DNA of 64,000 bases from Octopus sinensis (GCF_006345805.1 NC_043016.1:30504001-30568000); one strand, 5' to 3'. Shown: positions 12,091-24,926, counted from the stretch's first letter. A program made the numbers and translations. The notes: a model not told the origin generated them from the letters alone.

Positions 12091-12321
12091 GGCGGTGAGC
12101 TGGCAGAAACATTAGCACACTGGGTGAAATGCTTAGCGGTATTTCATTTGCCATTACGTTCTGAGTTCAGATTCCGCTGAGGTCAACTTTGCCTTTCATT
12201 CTTTCGGGGTTGATAAATTAAGTACCAGTTATGCACTGGGGTCGATGTAATCGACTTAATCCCTTTGACTGTCCTTGTTTGTCCCTTCTATGTTTAGCCC
12301 CTTGTGGGCAATAAAGAAAAA
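12091..12321 (+). mobile_element. tRNA-derived SINE, family 2, with a 16-bp TSD
   Basis: GGCGGTGAGCTGGCAGAA...GAGTTCAGATTCC A/B-box-like head; TSD AGAATAGTGACAGAAA at 12074-12089 and 12322-12337. Confidence 0.88.
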
Positions 12322-12845
12322 AGAATAGTGACAGAAAGTTCTTTGCATGAAGTGGCTTGGTTGGACAGCTTCTGAGGCTATGTGTAAATGAGAAAGAGAT
12401 AGGGAGAGGGAGAGAGAGAGTATGGATGACTAAATGGATGCAATTGCCCATCAGCTCTCCACCCCATAGAGTAATTTATTTTTATAAATGTTTGTAGCAG
12501 TTTCAGTCGTTTTATGTTGCAGATCCTTCATGTTGACTAACTGGGTTGTCATACAACACCAGGACTTGAATATCACCTAACTTAATGCATGACTGCATCC
12601 TTTCTTCTGTTCTTTTATGTATCATTTTTCCGAGATCTTGTCTATCTCTGTGTGTCACTTCCTTCAGATCTGATCGTACATTCCACATTAAGTTCTCATT
12701 AAATAGCTCTCTGGCAAAGTTATCACTCAAAAATATGGAAATTGTTTACCAAGAATTTTGGGATGATAAATAACACTCGAGTTCAAACCAAAGTATAGAC
12801 CTGCTAGCAATAATACAGTAGACAAGGAGATAAAAGAGTGATGCA

Positions 12846-13053
12846 TGAGGGGGTGCTGAAAAAGTTCCTGGCTTTTGGTAAAAGAAAATACAGGAGGATC
12901 AGTTAGTTATGATTTTATATAGCATATTCCCTTCTCGTCTCATATTCACACACTTCAGTTTTTCTAAGCCTTGTAAAAGAACTTGGAAAGTTGGGCCTCC
13001 AGCCAGGTCCTTCACGATACCCTTAAAGCCAGGAACTTTTCAGCATCCCTTCA
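12846..13053. mobile_element. Mariner-type MITE
   Basis: TIRs GAGGGGGTGCTGAAAAAGTTCCTGGCTT and AAGCCAGGAACTTTTCAGCATCCCTTC; a second copy lies at 15850-16064. Confidence 0.8.
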
Positions 13054-13254
13054 TATATATATATATATATATATAAATAATAAATATTAGGGAATAAATC
13101 CAAATTTACAGGGAAAAAATCAGATTTAGGATTAAATCCAATTTTATAGTAAAATATTATAAAATATTATTAGAGACAAAACCACTATTTTGCAAAACAA
13201 ACAAGGAAAGACTTAATCAATACATAAAATTTTAATAAATAGTCAAAAAAACCG

Positions 13255-13296
13255 CCACTACAATTGTTCTTGTCTTGATCGACAATCTTCAGGTGG
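13255..13296 (-). ncRNA. Hammerhead ribozyme copy with one core A missing (GAAC)
   Basis: Minus strand reads CCAC-CUGAAGA-UUGUCGAUCAAGACAA-GAAC-AAUU-GUA-GUGG. Confidence 0.6.
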
Positions 13297-15400
13297 ACTT
13301 CCAATCTAAAATATCAATATTTAAAATATAAAAATAATAATTTTAAAATAATTAAAGTATGAATGAAAAAATATAAATATATAATCCATATATAACCTAT
13401 ATATAATCCATATATAATCAATATATACACATATATAAACTAAAATAAACCTATCAACAATTAAATATAAAATATAAAATATAAAATATAAAATATAAAA
13501 CAAAACAAAAAAATAATAATAATATATAATAAACTATATATACACCCATACACATATACCTAATTATATATAACCATATCTAACTACATACACTAAATCA
13601 CACACCTATATATATATCCCTATACATACACATAAAAACGTCTAGGCAACTATAAATAAATAAAATAGCTAAATACTTCAAACAATACTTATTCATACTC
13701 CCACACACACACACATACAATCACATTCACGCTCTAGAAAACGGACATCACTTAAAATTATGAACGGGAAATGGAATAAATGGAATTAAAAATTATATTC
13801 ACTTGGTAAAACGAACACTACTTAAAAATTATGAATGAAACAATGCAATAAAACAACAGACATCGCAAATAGACACAAATTACTACGAATTCCCTAACAA
13901 ACCTACCATGATAAACCAAACTCATAAAAACATATAATGATAAAATCTCCCTTTACTAAACTCTATAACGTACCTATATAGCAATCCCCCTAACCTAAAC
14001 ATTCACACACAAATACACACACGTAAACCACACACCCACGACATATACAAATACCCACACCACTTACACATACCTATACATACATATAAACCTCAACATA
14101 TACTCCAAAACCCACTCAACCCCACACAGACAAATAAACACAAAATTATGAATGGATTCTTTTATAAAACTACCATGATAAGCTAAAACTCACAAAACAT
14201 AAATGATAAAACCTCCCTTTACTAAACACTATAACATACTTATATAGCAATTCGTTTCCAGAGCGGTTATACTTTTTATACATATGTTAAGTTCCTTGGT
14301 AAAGTAATTTTGTTTGGTGTATATGTTGAGGCTTATATGTACTTGTGGGTGTGTGTGAGTGGGGTGGGTGTTTGTATTTGTTATGGGTGTGGTTTAAGTG
14401 TGTGTATTTGTGTGTGAATGTATAGGTTAAAGGGATTGCTATATAAGTATGTTATAGTGTTTAGTAAAGGGAGGTTTTATCATTTATGTTTTGTGAGTTT
14501 TAGCTTATCATGGTAGTTTTATAAAAGAATCCATTCATATTTTTGTGTTTATTGTCTGTGTGGGGTTGAGTGGGTTTTTGGAGTATATGTTGAGGTTTAT
14601 ATGTATGTATAGGTATGTGTAAGTGGTGTGGGTATTTGTATATGTCGTGGGTGTGTGGTTTACGTGTGTGTATTTGTGTGTGAATGTTTAGGTTAGGGGG
14701 ATTGCTATATAGGTATGTTATAGAGTTTAGTAAAGGGAGATTTTATCATATATGTTTTTATGAGTTTTGGTTTATCATGGTAGGTTTGTTAGGGAATTCG
14801 TAGTAATTTGTGTCTATTTGCGATGTCTGTTGTTTTATTGCATTGTTTCATTCATAATTTTTAAGTAGTGTTCGTTTTACCAAGTGAATATAATTTTAAT
14901 TCCATTTATTCCATTTCTCCGTTCATAATTTTAAGTGATGTCCGTTTTCTAGAGCGTGAATGTGGGTTGTATGTGTGTGTGTGTGGGAGTATGAATAAGT
15001 ATTGTGTTGAAGTATTTAGCTATTTTATTTATTTATAGTTGCCTAGACTTTTTATGTGTATGTATAGGGATATATATATAGGTGTGTGATTTAGTGTATG
15101 TAGTTAGATATGGTTATATATAATTAGGTATATGTGTATGGGTGTATATATAGTTTATTATTATATTATTATTATTTTTTTGTTTGTTTTATATTTTATA
15201 TTTTATATTTTATATTTTATATTTAATTGTTGATAGGTTTATTTTAGTTTATATTAGTTTATATATTGTTTATATATTGATTATATATGGATTATATATA
15301 GGTTATATATGGATTATATATTTATATTTTTTCATTCATACTTTAATTATTTTAAAATTATTATTTTATATTTTAAATATTGATATTTTAGATTGGAAGT

Positions 15401-15443
15401 CCACCTGAAGATTGTCGATCAAGACAAGAAACAATTGTAGTGG
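15401..15443 (+). ncRNA. Minimal type I hammerhead ribozyme
   Basis: CCAC-CUGAAGA-UUGUC(GAUCAA)GACAA-GAAAC-AAUU-GUA^GUGG; stem I 4 bp, stem II 5 bp, palindromic stem III ACAAUUGU; predicted cut at 15439/15440. Confidence 0.8.
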
Positions 15444-15528
15444 CGGTTTTTTTGACTATTTATTAAAATTTTATGTATTGATTAAGTCTTTCCTTTTGTT
15501 TTGCAAAATAGTGGTTTTGTCTCTAATA

Positions 15529-15566
<38 letters not shown>

Positions 15567-15570
15567 TATG

Positions 15571-15605
<35 letters not shown>

Positions 15606-15619
15606 GAAAAGAAAGAGGC

Positions 15620-15772
15620 TTGGAGTGGTTGGCGTTAGGAAGGGCATCCAGCTGTAGAAGCACTGCCAGATCAGACTGGAGCCTGGTGCAGCCCCTGCTT
15701 CCCAGACCCCGGTCGAACCGTCCAACCCGTGCTAGCTCGGAAAACGGACGTTAAACAATGATGATGATGATG

Positions 15773-15773
<1 letters not shown>
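15620..15773 (+). mobile_element. Short RTE 3' terminus
   Basis: GGAGTGGTTGGCGTTAGGAAGGGCATCCAGC...AACGGACGTTAAAC followed by a (GAT)n tail. Confidence 0.8.
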
Positions 15774-15827
<54 letters not shown>

Positions 15828-15849
15828 TATATATATATACACATACATA

Positions 15850-16064
15850 CAAGGGGGTGCTGAAAAGTTCCTGGCTTTGGGTTAAAGAAAATACAGGAGG
15901 AGGATCAGTTAACTATGATTTTATTCAAACATATTCACTTCTCAGATTCACACACTTATTGCAAATCAGTTTTTCTAAGCCCTTTAAAAGAACTCAGAAG
16001 GCTGGGCCTCCAACCAGACCTTTCATGATAACCTTAAAGCCAAAAACTTTTCAGCAGCCCCTTG
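15850..16064. mobile_element. Mariner-type MITE (same family as 12846-13053)
   Basis: TA|CAAGGGGGTGCTGAAAAGTT ... AACTTTTCAGCAGCCCCTTG|TA. Confidence 0.8.
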
Positions 16065-16602
16065 TATGATAGGTAAAAAAAAGGTGAGGATTAAAGGTTG
16101 AAAGTGGGAGAAGAACGAGAGATGGATACCAACAAGAGAAGGGATCAAAATAATAATGAAGAATGTATGTCAATAGGAAGTTGCTTGGTGGAAGGGACAC
16201 AGTTATCTTGTTGAGGGGAAAATGGGCAGAAAAGCATCTGGTATAGACTTGGTAGGGACCCAATTATGAACGTAGAGTATGCATACATTATGCTTTGAGA
16301 GCCTAATTCACAGAATGGTAATTTAGTTGGATGGATCTTCTCAAGGACTGCATCTTGCCTATCATCTTGGTCCTTAGTCATCATGTCCGTGATGTTCAAC
16401 ATCCTCCTGAGTTCAGCCTTCACAACATCATTTCCACATCTTCCTGGATTTTCCTTGAATGCAGGTTGTGCTACTGTAAGATACTAATCGATCAATGCTT
16501 CTTTATTGTCAACCCCAAGTACATCACATGCCCAAAATGCACAATTCTGATTCTCCTCAGTTCTGATGCTCAGTTTTTCCCGCAACACTGGGCATAATAT
16601 CA

Positions 16603-17585
16603 CTGCTGCCACTGCCACTACCACCACCACTGCCGCTGCCGCTGCAACCACTGCCACTGCTGCCACCACCACTACAACTGCCACTGCCGCCACCACCACT
16701 GCCGCTGCAACCACTGCCACTGCCACTACCACCACCACTGCCACTGCAACCACTGCCACTGCTGCCACTGCCACTACCACCACCACTGCCACTACCACCA
16801 CCACTGTCACCACCACCACTGCCACTGCAACCACTGCCACTGCTGCCACTGCCACTACCACCACCACTGCCACTGCAACCACTGCCACTGCTGCCACTGC
16901 CACTACCACCACCACTGCCACTACCACCACCACTGTCACCACCACCACTGCCACTGCAACCACTGCCACTGCTGCCACTGCCACTACCACCACCACTGCC
17001 ACTGCAACCACTGCCACTGCTGCTGCCACTGCCACTACCACCACCACTGCCACTACCACCACCACTGTCACCACCACCACTGCCACTGCAACCACTGCCA
17101 CTGCTGCCACTGCCACTACCACCACCACTGCCACTGCAACCACTGCCACTGCTGCCACTGCCACTACCACCACCACTGCCACTACCACCACCACTGTCAC
17201 CACCACCACTGCCACTGCAACCACTGCCACTGCTGCCACTGCCACTACCACCACCACTGCCACTGCAACCACTGCCACTGCTGCCACTGCCACTACCACT
17301 GCCACTGCTGCCACCACCACTGCAACTGCCACTGCTGCCTCTGCCTCAGTCACTGCCACCACCACCACCACCACCACCACTACAACTGCCACTGTTGTCA
17401 TTACCACCACTGCTGCCTCTGCCACTGCCACTGCCACAACCACCATCACCACCATCGTCCTTACCACCACTGCTGCCACAACCACTACCAGCAACCATCA
17501 CTACCACCTCACCACTGCCAGAATCACCACCAATGCTGTCATTGCCACCATCATCAGAAACATCACCACCACCACCACCACACAC
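16603..17585. repeat. ACC/ACT/GCC triplet-derived array with a ~129-bp higher-order period
   Basis: The marker CCACTGTCACC recurs at ~16801, 16930, 17062 and 17191. Confidence 0.9.
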
Positions 17586-18228
17586 TGGTGCTGATGATAG
17601 TCACTGTTGTGTTGGTGTGCATGTGGGTGTGTTTGGATAGTGGTTGTGGTGATGGGGTATGTGCAGATGTCAGGGAGGTGGATTTGATGGGTGCGTGGGA
17701 TGGGATTTGTTAGTGCGTTGGTGGTTAGGTTTGTTGCGGCGATGTGGTGTTGTGCAGTTGCTGCTGTTGTTGGGTGTCTGACTGTGATGGGTGTGATGGT
17801 TGTAGTGGCATTGATAATAAAAGTGGTGGTGGTGGTGGTGGTGGTTGTGGTGGTGGTGGTAGTCGTGGTGTTGGCAGTATTAACAATCATGATAAATGAA
17901 ACAACATGCTTAAAAGTTGGCTAATCTTATAATATCACATCAAGATTAATTCAGATTACCTTAATGCCACTTATCTTCGGTAAGAAGGCGATAATGGTTA
18001 TATTCTGTGTCTGTTTTCTGTTGATGGGAATACATTCACAGTGAGCTATCAATGGTAATACCTGATATCATATTCTTACTAAAATTCAGTATTGGCAATA
18101 CTCTACATCATCAATGTCATATCTGTTATTATTGGACAGTTCTTATAACGATAGTAATGATGAGGATGTGAATGTGTGTGTGTGTGTATGTGTTTATATA
18201 TATATATATATATATATATACTAACCTA

Positions 18229-18415
18229 GGTGCAGGAGTGGCTGTGTGGTAAGAAGTTCACTTCCCAACACATATGATTCTGGGTCCAGTTACACTGCAT
18301 GGCACCTTAGGCAAGTGTCTTCTACTAAAGCCTTGGGTCAACCAAAGCCTTGTGAGTGAGATTTAGTAGGCGGAAACTGAAAGAAACCTGTCGTATATAC
18401 ATATCTATCTATCTA

Positions 18416-18487
<72 letters not shown>

Positions 18488-18783
18488 TGTATGTATGTAT
18501 GTATGTATGTATGTATGTGTATGTATGTATGTATGTATGTATGTATGTATGTATGTATGTATGTGTGTATGTATGTATTTGTGTGTCTGTGTTTGTCCCC
18601 TCCACCATTGCTTGACAACTGGCGTTGGTGTGTTTACGTCCCAGTAACTTAGCAGTTCAGCAAAAGAGACTGATACAATAAGTACAAGGCTTACAAAGAA
18701 TAAGTCCTGGGTTGATTTGTTTCATTAAAGGTGCTCCAGCATGGCTGCAGTCAAATGACTGAAACCAATAAAAGAATAAAAGA
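18229..18783 (+). mobile_element. tRNA-derived SINE, family 1, full length with an internal (TA)n/(TATG)n expansion
   Basis: GGTGCAGGAGTGGCTGTGTGGTAAG head and family core. Confidence 0.85.
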
Positions 18784-19064
18784 GTGTGTGTGTGTGCGTG
18801 TGCGTGCATGTGCGCACATGTGTGTGTGTGTGTGTGTAATCTGCCACTGAGGGATGTATGGAATAACAGGAAAGATACACATAATAAACACAGACAGGGT
18901 CAAACCTCTCATCAGCTACCAACCAAATATCACCAGAATTTCAACACCCATAATATTATTCAGTTTGGCTGTATCAGAAACAAAGGTTGCTGGAACAGAA
19001 ATGAGCAAATGCAAAAGACAAGTACAAACAGGTACAATAACAGGAACAGATGAGGTCTCTAGAC

Positions 19065-19097
<33 letters not shown>

Positions 19098-20008
19098 TTA
19101 ACATCTGTTTTCCATTCTGGCATGAGTTGGACGGTTTGACAGGAGCTGCACCAGACTCCAATTATATATTTCAGCATGGTTTCTATGGCTATTCCTAATG
19201 CAAACTACTTTACAGAGCATACTAGGTGCTTTTTAAGTGGAACCAGTACCAGTACTCTTTACATGACACTAGCACCAATGCTTTTTATGTGGCACCAGCA
19301 TCAGTGCTTCTTACATGGCACAAGTGCCAGTGCTTTTTACATGGCACCTGTGCTAGTGCTTTTTATGTGGCAGCAGCACCAGTGCCCTTCATGAGTAATT
19401 ATTACATGAGTAATTTAGAACATCAACCCTACCTACCTATGGCAGTCATGAGATGTACCTCAGGGAAAAGCAGGAGATAACTTGTGGCAGGCACAGGGAA
19501 GGTGCTCAGGGAGAGAAAGTGTGGGAAGAGATGATATTGAGAATGAGGAATGGATGGATGTTAAAAGGAAGTAGTTCTAGAGACAGCTGGTCTTAAAATA
19601 TTCTGTAATGGTCTGTATGGCTGTGATAAATAAAAGGGAGCTGAGGACTGAGCCTTAACAGACCACCTACCTTTACACTAAGTCCATCACTAAAAACATT
19701 GTCAACTCTCACTAAATGCATCTATGTACATAACTTGTACAGTTCTCACAAACCATTCATTTGCTGAAAGTTCCCTTAGTTATGACCTGGTCAAAGAACA
19801 TCGAACCCTGTTAAAAGTCTTCTCCAAGTCAACAAATGCCAGGTATAGTAGTTGACTCTTACCTAAGTACTTCTGAGGTTGCTTCAATAGGAAAAGTGGC
19901 ATCAGTGGTACTTATTCTAGGCTTAAAGCCAAACTGCATCCTATTTCCCAGTTTACAATGATACTTTTACACCAAACGCTGACAACAACATTTTCCTGTT
20001 TTACTTGA

Positions 20009-20379
20009 CTAGCAGTATCGCCCGGCATTGCTTGGGTTTGTTTCAACCCTTTAGAATTGGAATTTTTGAAAAGTAAAAGTTTTGCATTATGTAGCTTGTT
20101 ATTCTCTTTAAGTGAACATTTTTCTGGTTGAAATACACTGAAAAATGGCGACACAGCAGACAAAAATCGTAAAAAATAGAGATGTTCATAGAAAAAAATA
20201 ACCTTTTTGATGTAAATAATTTTTGGTCTTAACATGGTCCGATTTGAATTTTATCTCCTACGGAATGAAAAGCAAGCCTTCTTCCATCATACTCTCAATT
20301 TTGGTCAACTTGTGCCCCAGGGTCTCGGAGGAGATAGTGTTAGTTGAAGGCTACCAAACCTGCCATACACAGACAACTT
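20009..20379 (-). mobile_element. Non-autonomous Helitron
   Basis: CTAGCAGTATCGCCCGGCATTGCTTGGGTT 3' end as at 8795; body nearly identical to 38398-38790. Confidence 0.8.
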
Positions 20380-20643
20380 ATTGATTAGCTATTCAGGTGC
20401 CCATCTTGTATCTTATACTTTGCCAGATATTTTGAGTATCTCAGCAACTATCTCTGATGAGTCAGTAAATTTTCCTTATCTTTGTCTCCTTAACTACTTT
20501 ATCAACTATTGTACTGCTGTCTAATTGAATTGCTAGTTCCTCTGTTTGACTAATACAAAGTAGCTTCTGTTTGCCCCACACATTTTCGTCATCCATCAAC
20601 CTCTCATTATAGCACTTTTATGCCACTTTTTTGTGATCTACAG

Positions 20644-20829
20644 CAGTGCTCTGCAACCTTTTTTCACTTGTGGTATACTTATATTCTTTTCAAAATTCAG
20701 CAGCACACCTGAACTAAAAATATAACTAAAAATATAGGGAAAAAAATTATATTCAGGTTACACTGTGGCACACCTAGCATTGTCTCATGGCACACCAGTG
20801 TTCCACGGCATACTGGTTGCGGAGCACTG
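20644..20829. mobile_element. hAT-type MITE
   Basis: TIRs CAGTGCTCTGCAACC and GGTTGCGGAGCACTG; 8-bp TSD ATCTACAG/ATCAACAG. Confidence 0.75.
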
Positions 20830-21639
20830 ATCAACAGCAATAATAAATGTCCCTTCATTATTTCAGATACACTTCTGCCCAATGACAGGTTGGTTCTCTT
20901 GCATACACTGTCTCACAATCTTGAACACCTCCTACTTATGATCTTCATGATACCTAATATTTGTGAATCTCTTCCTTTTCTCTTCATTCCCAGTTAAGTA
21001 TATCTGATACTTAGATTCCTTCCAGATTTTCCAAGTTTGTCTCTTAATTTTAGTAACTTTATCAAGTATGTCATTCGACTATCATGTCACCTTTTGTCTG
21101 GCTGGAATCAATGGCTTGCGAACAAACTTTACTTCTGGGGTGCAAACACAGGTGTACAAAATTTCAATTTTTTGCCAACAAGTTTTTATGTTTTTTTAAA
21201 ATTTATTTTTGTTCCGTCTTCTTTAAGACGAAACCTAACTTCAAGATACTTTTTCAGATTACATTTTACACAGTTTTCTAAACCTAAGAAAAATAAGTAG
21301 GGGATGCAATGCATCCCCAAACAATTTTAGGTGGTGTGCTTGCACCCATTGCACCCCCTGTTCCCAAACCCATGGCTGGAACCTGCACTAGTCATATGTC
21401 CATACAGTACCCCTCAGCAGGTTGTCTTGTAGGAATTCCCAATTGTCATTATAAATATCTAATTCTTTCTCCTGATAGTTATATGCATCCATTAGAATTT
21501 CTTTAAATCTATAACCAACTGCATGTTCTTTTAGCCAATATATCTTCTTTCTCTATTTCATTCTTTGCCTCTCAGACCACCTAACTTTGAAGTGCATTCT
21601 TCACTAAGAAAGGTTTTGGTAATTACAATGTCCTATTGA

Positions 21640-22432
21640 ATGAAGCTAGTATGATCTGGTGGATGTGTAATGTCAGTGTGCATACATGACAGGGTGTAAG
21701 TGCTCTGAAAGAAAAGTTGAGCATAAGAAGCATCAAATTTGGTTTGCAAGAGAGGCAACTGCACCGGTATGGCCATGTATTGCATATGAATGAAGACAGC
21801 AATGTGAGGAAGTGCCACTCCCTAACTGTAGAAGGAACCTGTGGAAGAGGTAGACTCAGGAAGGCATGGGATAAGGTGGTGAAGCATGACCTTCAAACAT
21901 TGGGCCTCACAGAGGCAATGACAGGAGACTGGGACCTTTAGAGATGTGCTGTGATTGAGAAGACCCAACAACTAAACTGAGATCGCAGCTACGCATGTCT
22001 GGCCCTGTTAAGAACACCTCTGATGCATCAGGTGATATGATATGCTTGAGAAGACCTGTTGAGTCAAGTAAAACCAATATCATAGCTGTGGCCAGTGCCC
22101 CCTGACTGGCTCCCATGCCAGTGGCACACAAAAAGCACCAACCAATCATGGCCAATGCCAGTACCCGCAGACTGGCTCTTGTGTCGGTGGCATGTAAAAA
22201 GCACCATCTGAACGTGATCGATGCCAGGCCTGCCTGACTGGCTCCCATGCTGGTGGCACATAAAAAGCACCCACTACACTCTCGGAGTGGTCGGCGTTAT
22301 GAAGGACATCCAGCTGTAGAAACATTGCCAGATCAGATTGGAGCCTAGTGGAGCTGCTGGCTCTCCAGACCTCAGTCAAACTGTCCAACCCATGCCAGTA
22401 TGGAAAATGGATGTTAAACGATGATGATGATA
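21640..22432 (+). mobile_element. RTE LINE 3' fragment
   Basis: ORF 21717-21941 (LHRYGHVLHM...GRGRLRKAWDKVVKHDL), 3'UTR subrepeats and a (GAT)n tail. Confidence 0.8.
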
Positions 22433-24041
22433 TTCATTCTTTTTTCCTGGAGAGAATGGAACTTTTCTGATTTATGTTTTCACCAGATTGGTAGATGATG
22501 AGTTGGTAGGCTGTTTTGTTGGAGTGAGTTTTGCAAATTATTAGATTGATTGCATCACAGAACTCCGGAAGTCTTATACCTTCTTCATTGTCATATCTAT
22601 ATAATCTACATAGACATCACAAGCTTCAGTGATATTTACCAAGATGGACGTTGACATCACCAGCAATGATAATGAGGTTGCTGTCATTTATTGCTGAGGA
22701 AGGGACTAAAAGAGATAGTCCTTTTGGCTATTTGTTAACCTGAATAAGGGGCATATGAGGAGATAACTATTGCTGTTGGGATGCCTAAAGCTAGTCTCAT
22801 CATAATTATCTCCCATCATATTTACAACCACTTTGCTACCCACTTAATTGTTACCCACCCAGAAGAAATTGTATCACTGCTCCTTTATTGCGAAGAATTT
22901 GGCCAATGGTTCTTCCTATTTTACCTCTTGTATATAGCACACATCGACATTTCTCCACTCCAACATCTTCACAATCTCACTAGACTTACTTTTTATCTTG
23001 CCTACAGAGATGACGGCAGCCCCTAGCTTTTTTAATTGACAAGAAGCAAGGTCAGCTGATGTACCTGTAAGGAAAAGAAAGCTTGTGCCATGGCTTACCA
23101 AGAACTGGAAGGGTCACACCATAGTTATATTTGTCATTTGATTCGATATCATTCATCCAATTTACAGTGTTTTACCTCATGTACTATAATAGTACTGTTC
23201 AACAAAACCTAATGAGCTGGAGTAACTGGTTTTGCTCTAGAGTTTCAGTTTTGGCATGGTTTCTATGGTTAGATGCCTGTTCTAACATCAATTACTTTAC
23301 AGTACTGGGTTTAATGTTTTTCGTAACACCAGCACTACAGGAGGCTTTCTTGCCATTGGAATGTTTATATAATCAATTCATCAACTGCTATATAGATATA
23401 GATTGCACTGGATACTTGCACAACTTGTAACTTGAAGGTCAAAAAGCTTTCAAGTAGCAGGTAGAGTATGATGGAAGGAACATTTATTCTTGCAAGAAGG
23501 ATGGTAGTAGAGATAGTAACAGATGAAGCAGCGTGGGTGGGGGACAGGGTAGGTGGTGGTAATGATAGAGAAGAGAGAGAGGAAAAGGAAAGGGAAAGTG
23601 TAGTTTTAAACGTTAATACCAGAAAGAAGGGCAGAGAGTTATGGGAGTAAGGGTTTAGTAGGGGGCCAGAACTGTCCCATCTTATACATCATCTTCATCA
23701 TTTTACATTTGCTTTCCAGGCTGGTATGGGATGGACAGTTCATCAGGTTCCAAGCCAATTTTTACTGGAGTTTCAGCTCTCTTGAAAAGGCTGTAGGAAC
23801 ACATCTTACTCACATACCTCAGTTTCAGTATGGTTTCTACAGCTGAATATCCTTCTCAACACCATCCTTTCCACAAAGTGAACTGGCTTCATTTTTTTAT
23901 TGCACCAGCACCAGAGAGACTATCAGGCCCTTGGCAAGACCAAAACAGTTCTTTCAATTTCACTACATGATTTGTTGACACTACTTGATTTTACATTATT
24001 TACATTTGACGGATATTTGTCCTCATCTTGTTTGTTGTTAA

Positions 24042-24082
24042 ACACATTTCAGCTGATATACCCTCCAGCCTTCATCAGGTGT
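24042..24082 (-). ncRNA. Degenerate hammerhead-like motif
   Basis: Minus strand reads ACAC-CUGAUGA-AGGCUG(GAGGGUAUAU)CAGCU-GAAAU-GUGU; stems I and II are present but the stem III and cleavage triplet are lost. Confidence 0.4.
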
Positions 24083-24524
24083 TTTGGAGAAATTTCAAAC
24101 CTGAGTTCTCATTCCTAAAGTATTTTTCAATGTTGTTGTTGTTATTATTATTATTATTATTATTCAGGTCACTGCCTGGAATCGAACTCGGAATCTTGGG
24201 GTTAGTAGCCTTCATTCTTAACCACTATGTCATATGCCCGTATATAGAACTGTACTACTCGATTTGTCAATTACTTTGCAGAATGTTAACTAGCTGCATT
24301 TTCATGGCACCAGCATTTGTGGGGTCACTTTGTAACTTATCACACCACACAGTTCTCTCACAACTGGTGAGAGATTGGTGAGAGATAGAAAGATAAATAG
24401 ACAGATAGATAGATAGATAGAGATAGATATAAAGTCATAAATGACAGTTTGATGAAATTTTATTTAACAATAAAATTATTTACATGCTTTAAGTTATGAA
24501 ACAATTTGTCATGATATGAGAATT

Positions 24525-24926
24525 TTCTTATTACTCTTTTATTTGTTTCAGTCATTTGACTGTGGCCATGCTGGAGCACCACCTTTAGTCAAGCAAATCG
24601 ACCCCAGGACTTATTCTTTGTAAGCCTAGTACTTATTTCATCGGTTGCTTTTGTCGAACCGCTAAGTTACGGGGATGTAAACACACCAGTATTGGATGTC
24701 AAACGATGTTTAGGGGGAGGCGTATAAACACAAACACACAAACATATACACATACATACATATATATATACATATACATATATACGACGGGCTTCTTTCA
24801 GTTTCCGTGGCTTTGGTCGGCCCAAGGTAGTAGAAGACACTTGCCCAAGGTGCCATGCAGTGGGACTGAACCCAGAACCATGTAGTTTGTAAGCAAGCTA
24901 CTTACCACACAGTCACTTCTACGCCT
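24525..24926 (-). mobile_element. tRNA-derived SINE, family 1
   Basis: Reverse complement of the family core. Confidence 0.85.

Larger units (their letters stand above)
13158..15538. repeat. 2.4-kb foldback (~1.1-kb inverted arms), probably Penelope-like inverted pLTRs
   Basis: 13158-14251 is the near reverse complement of 14435-15538; ~265-bp internal subrepeat; embedded in (TA)n; a hammerhead motif lies near each outer end. Confidence 0.9.
19065..23100 (-). mobile_element. Heavily degraded, near full-length RTE LINE with nested insertions
   Basis: APE-like EIVKMLEWRNVDVCYIQEVK (22916-23101), RT motif LYLAFVDLEKTFNRV near 19806-19848, and 3'UTR subrepeats plus (CAT)n tail at 19065-19390. 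Confidence 0.6.

Noticed and set aside
12091-12180. tRNA-like sequence (also the heads of SINE family 1)
   Set aside because: A/B-box-like head runs into a SINE body with a TSD and no complete cloverleaf; called as a SINE rather than a tRNA
16484-17494. 336-aa Val/Ala ORF
   Set aside because: Antisense reading of the triplet array
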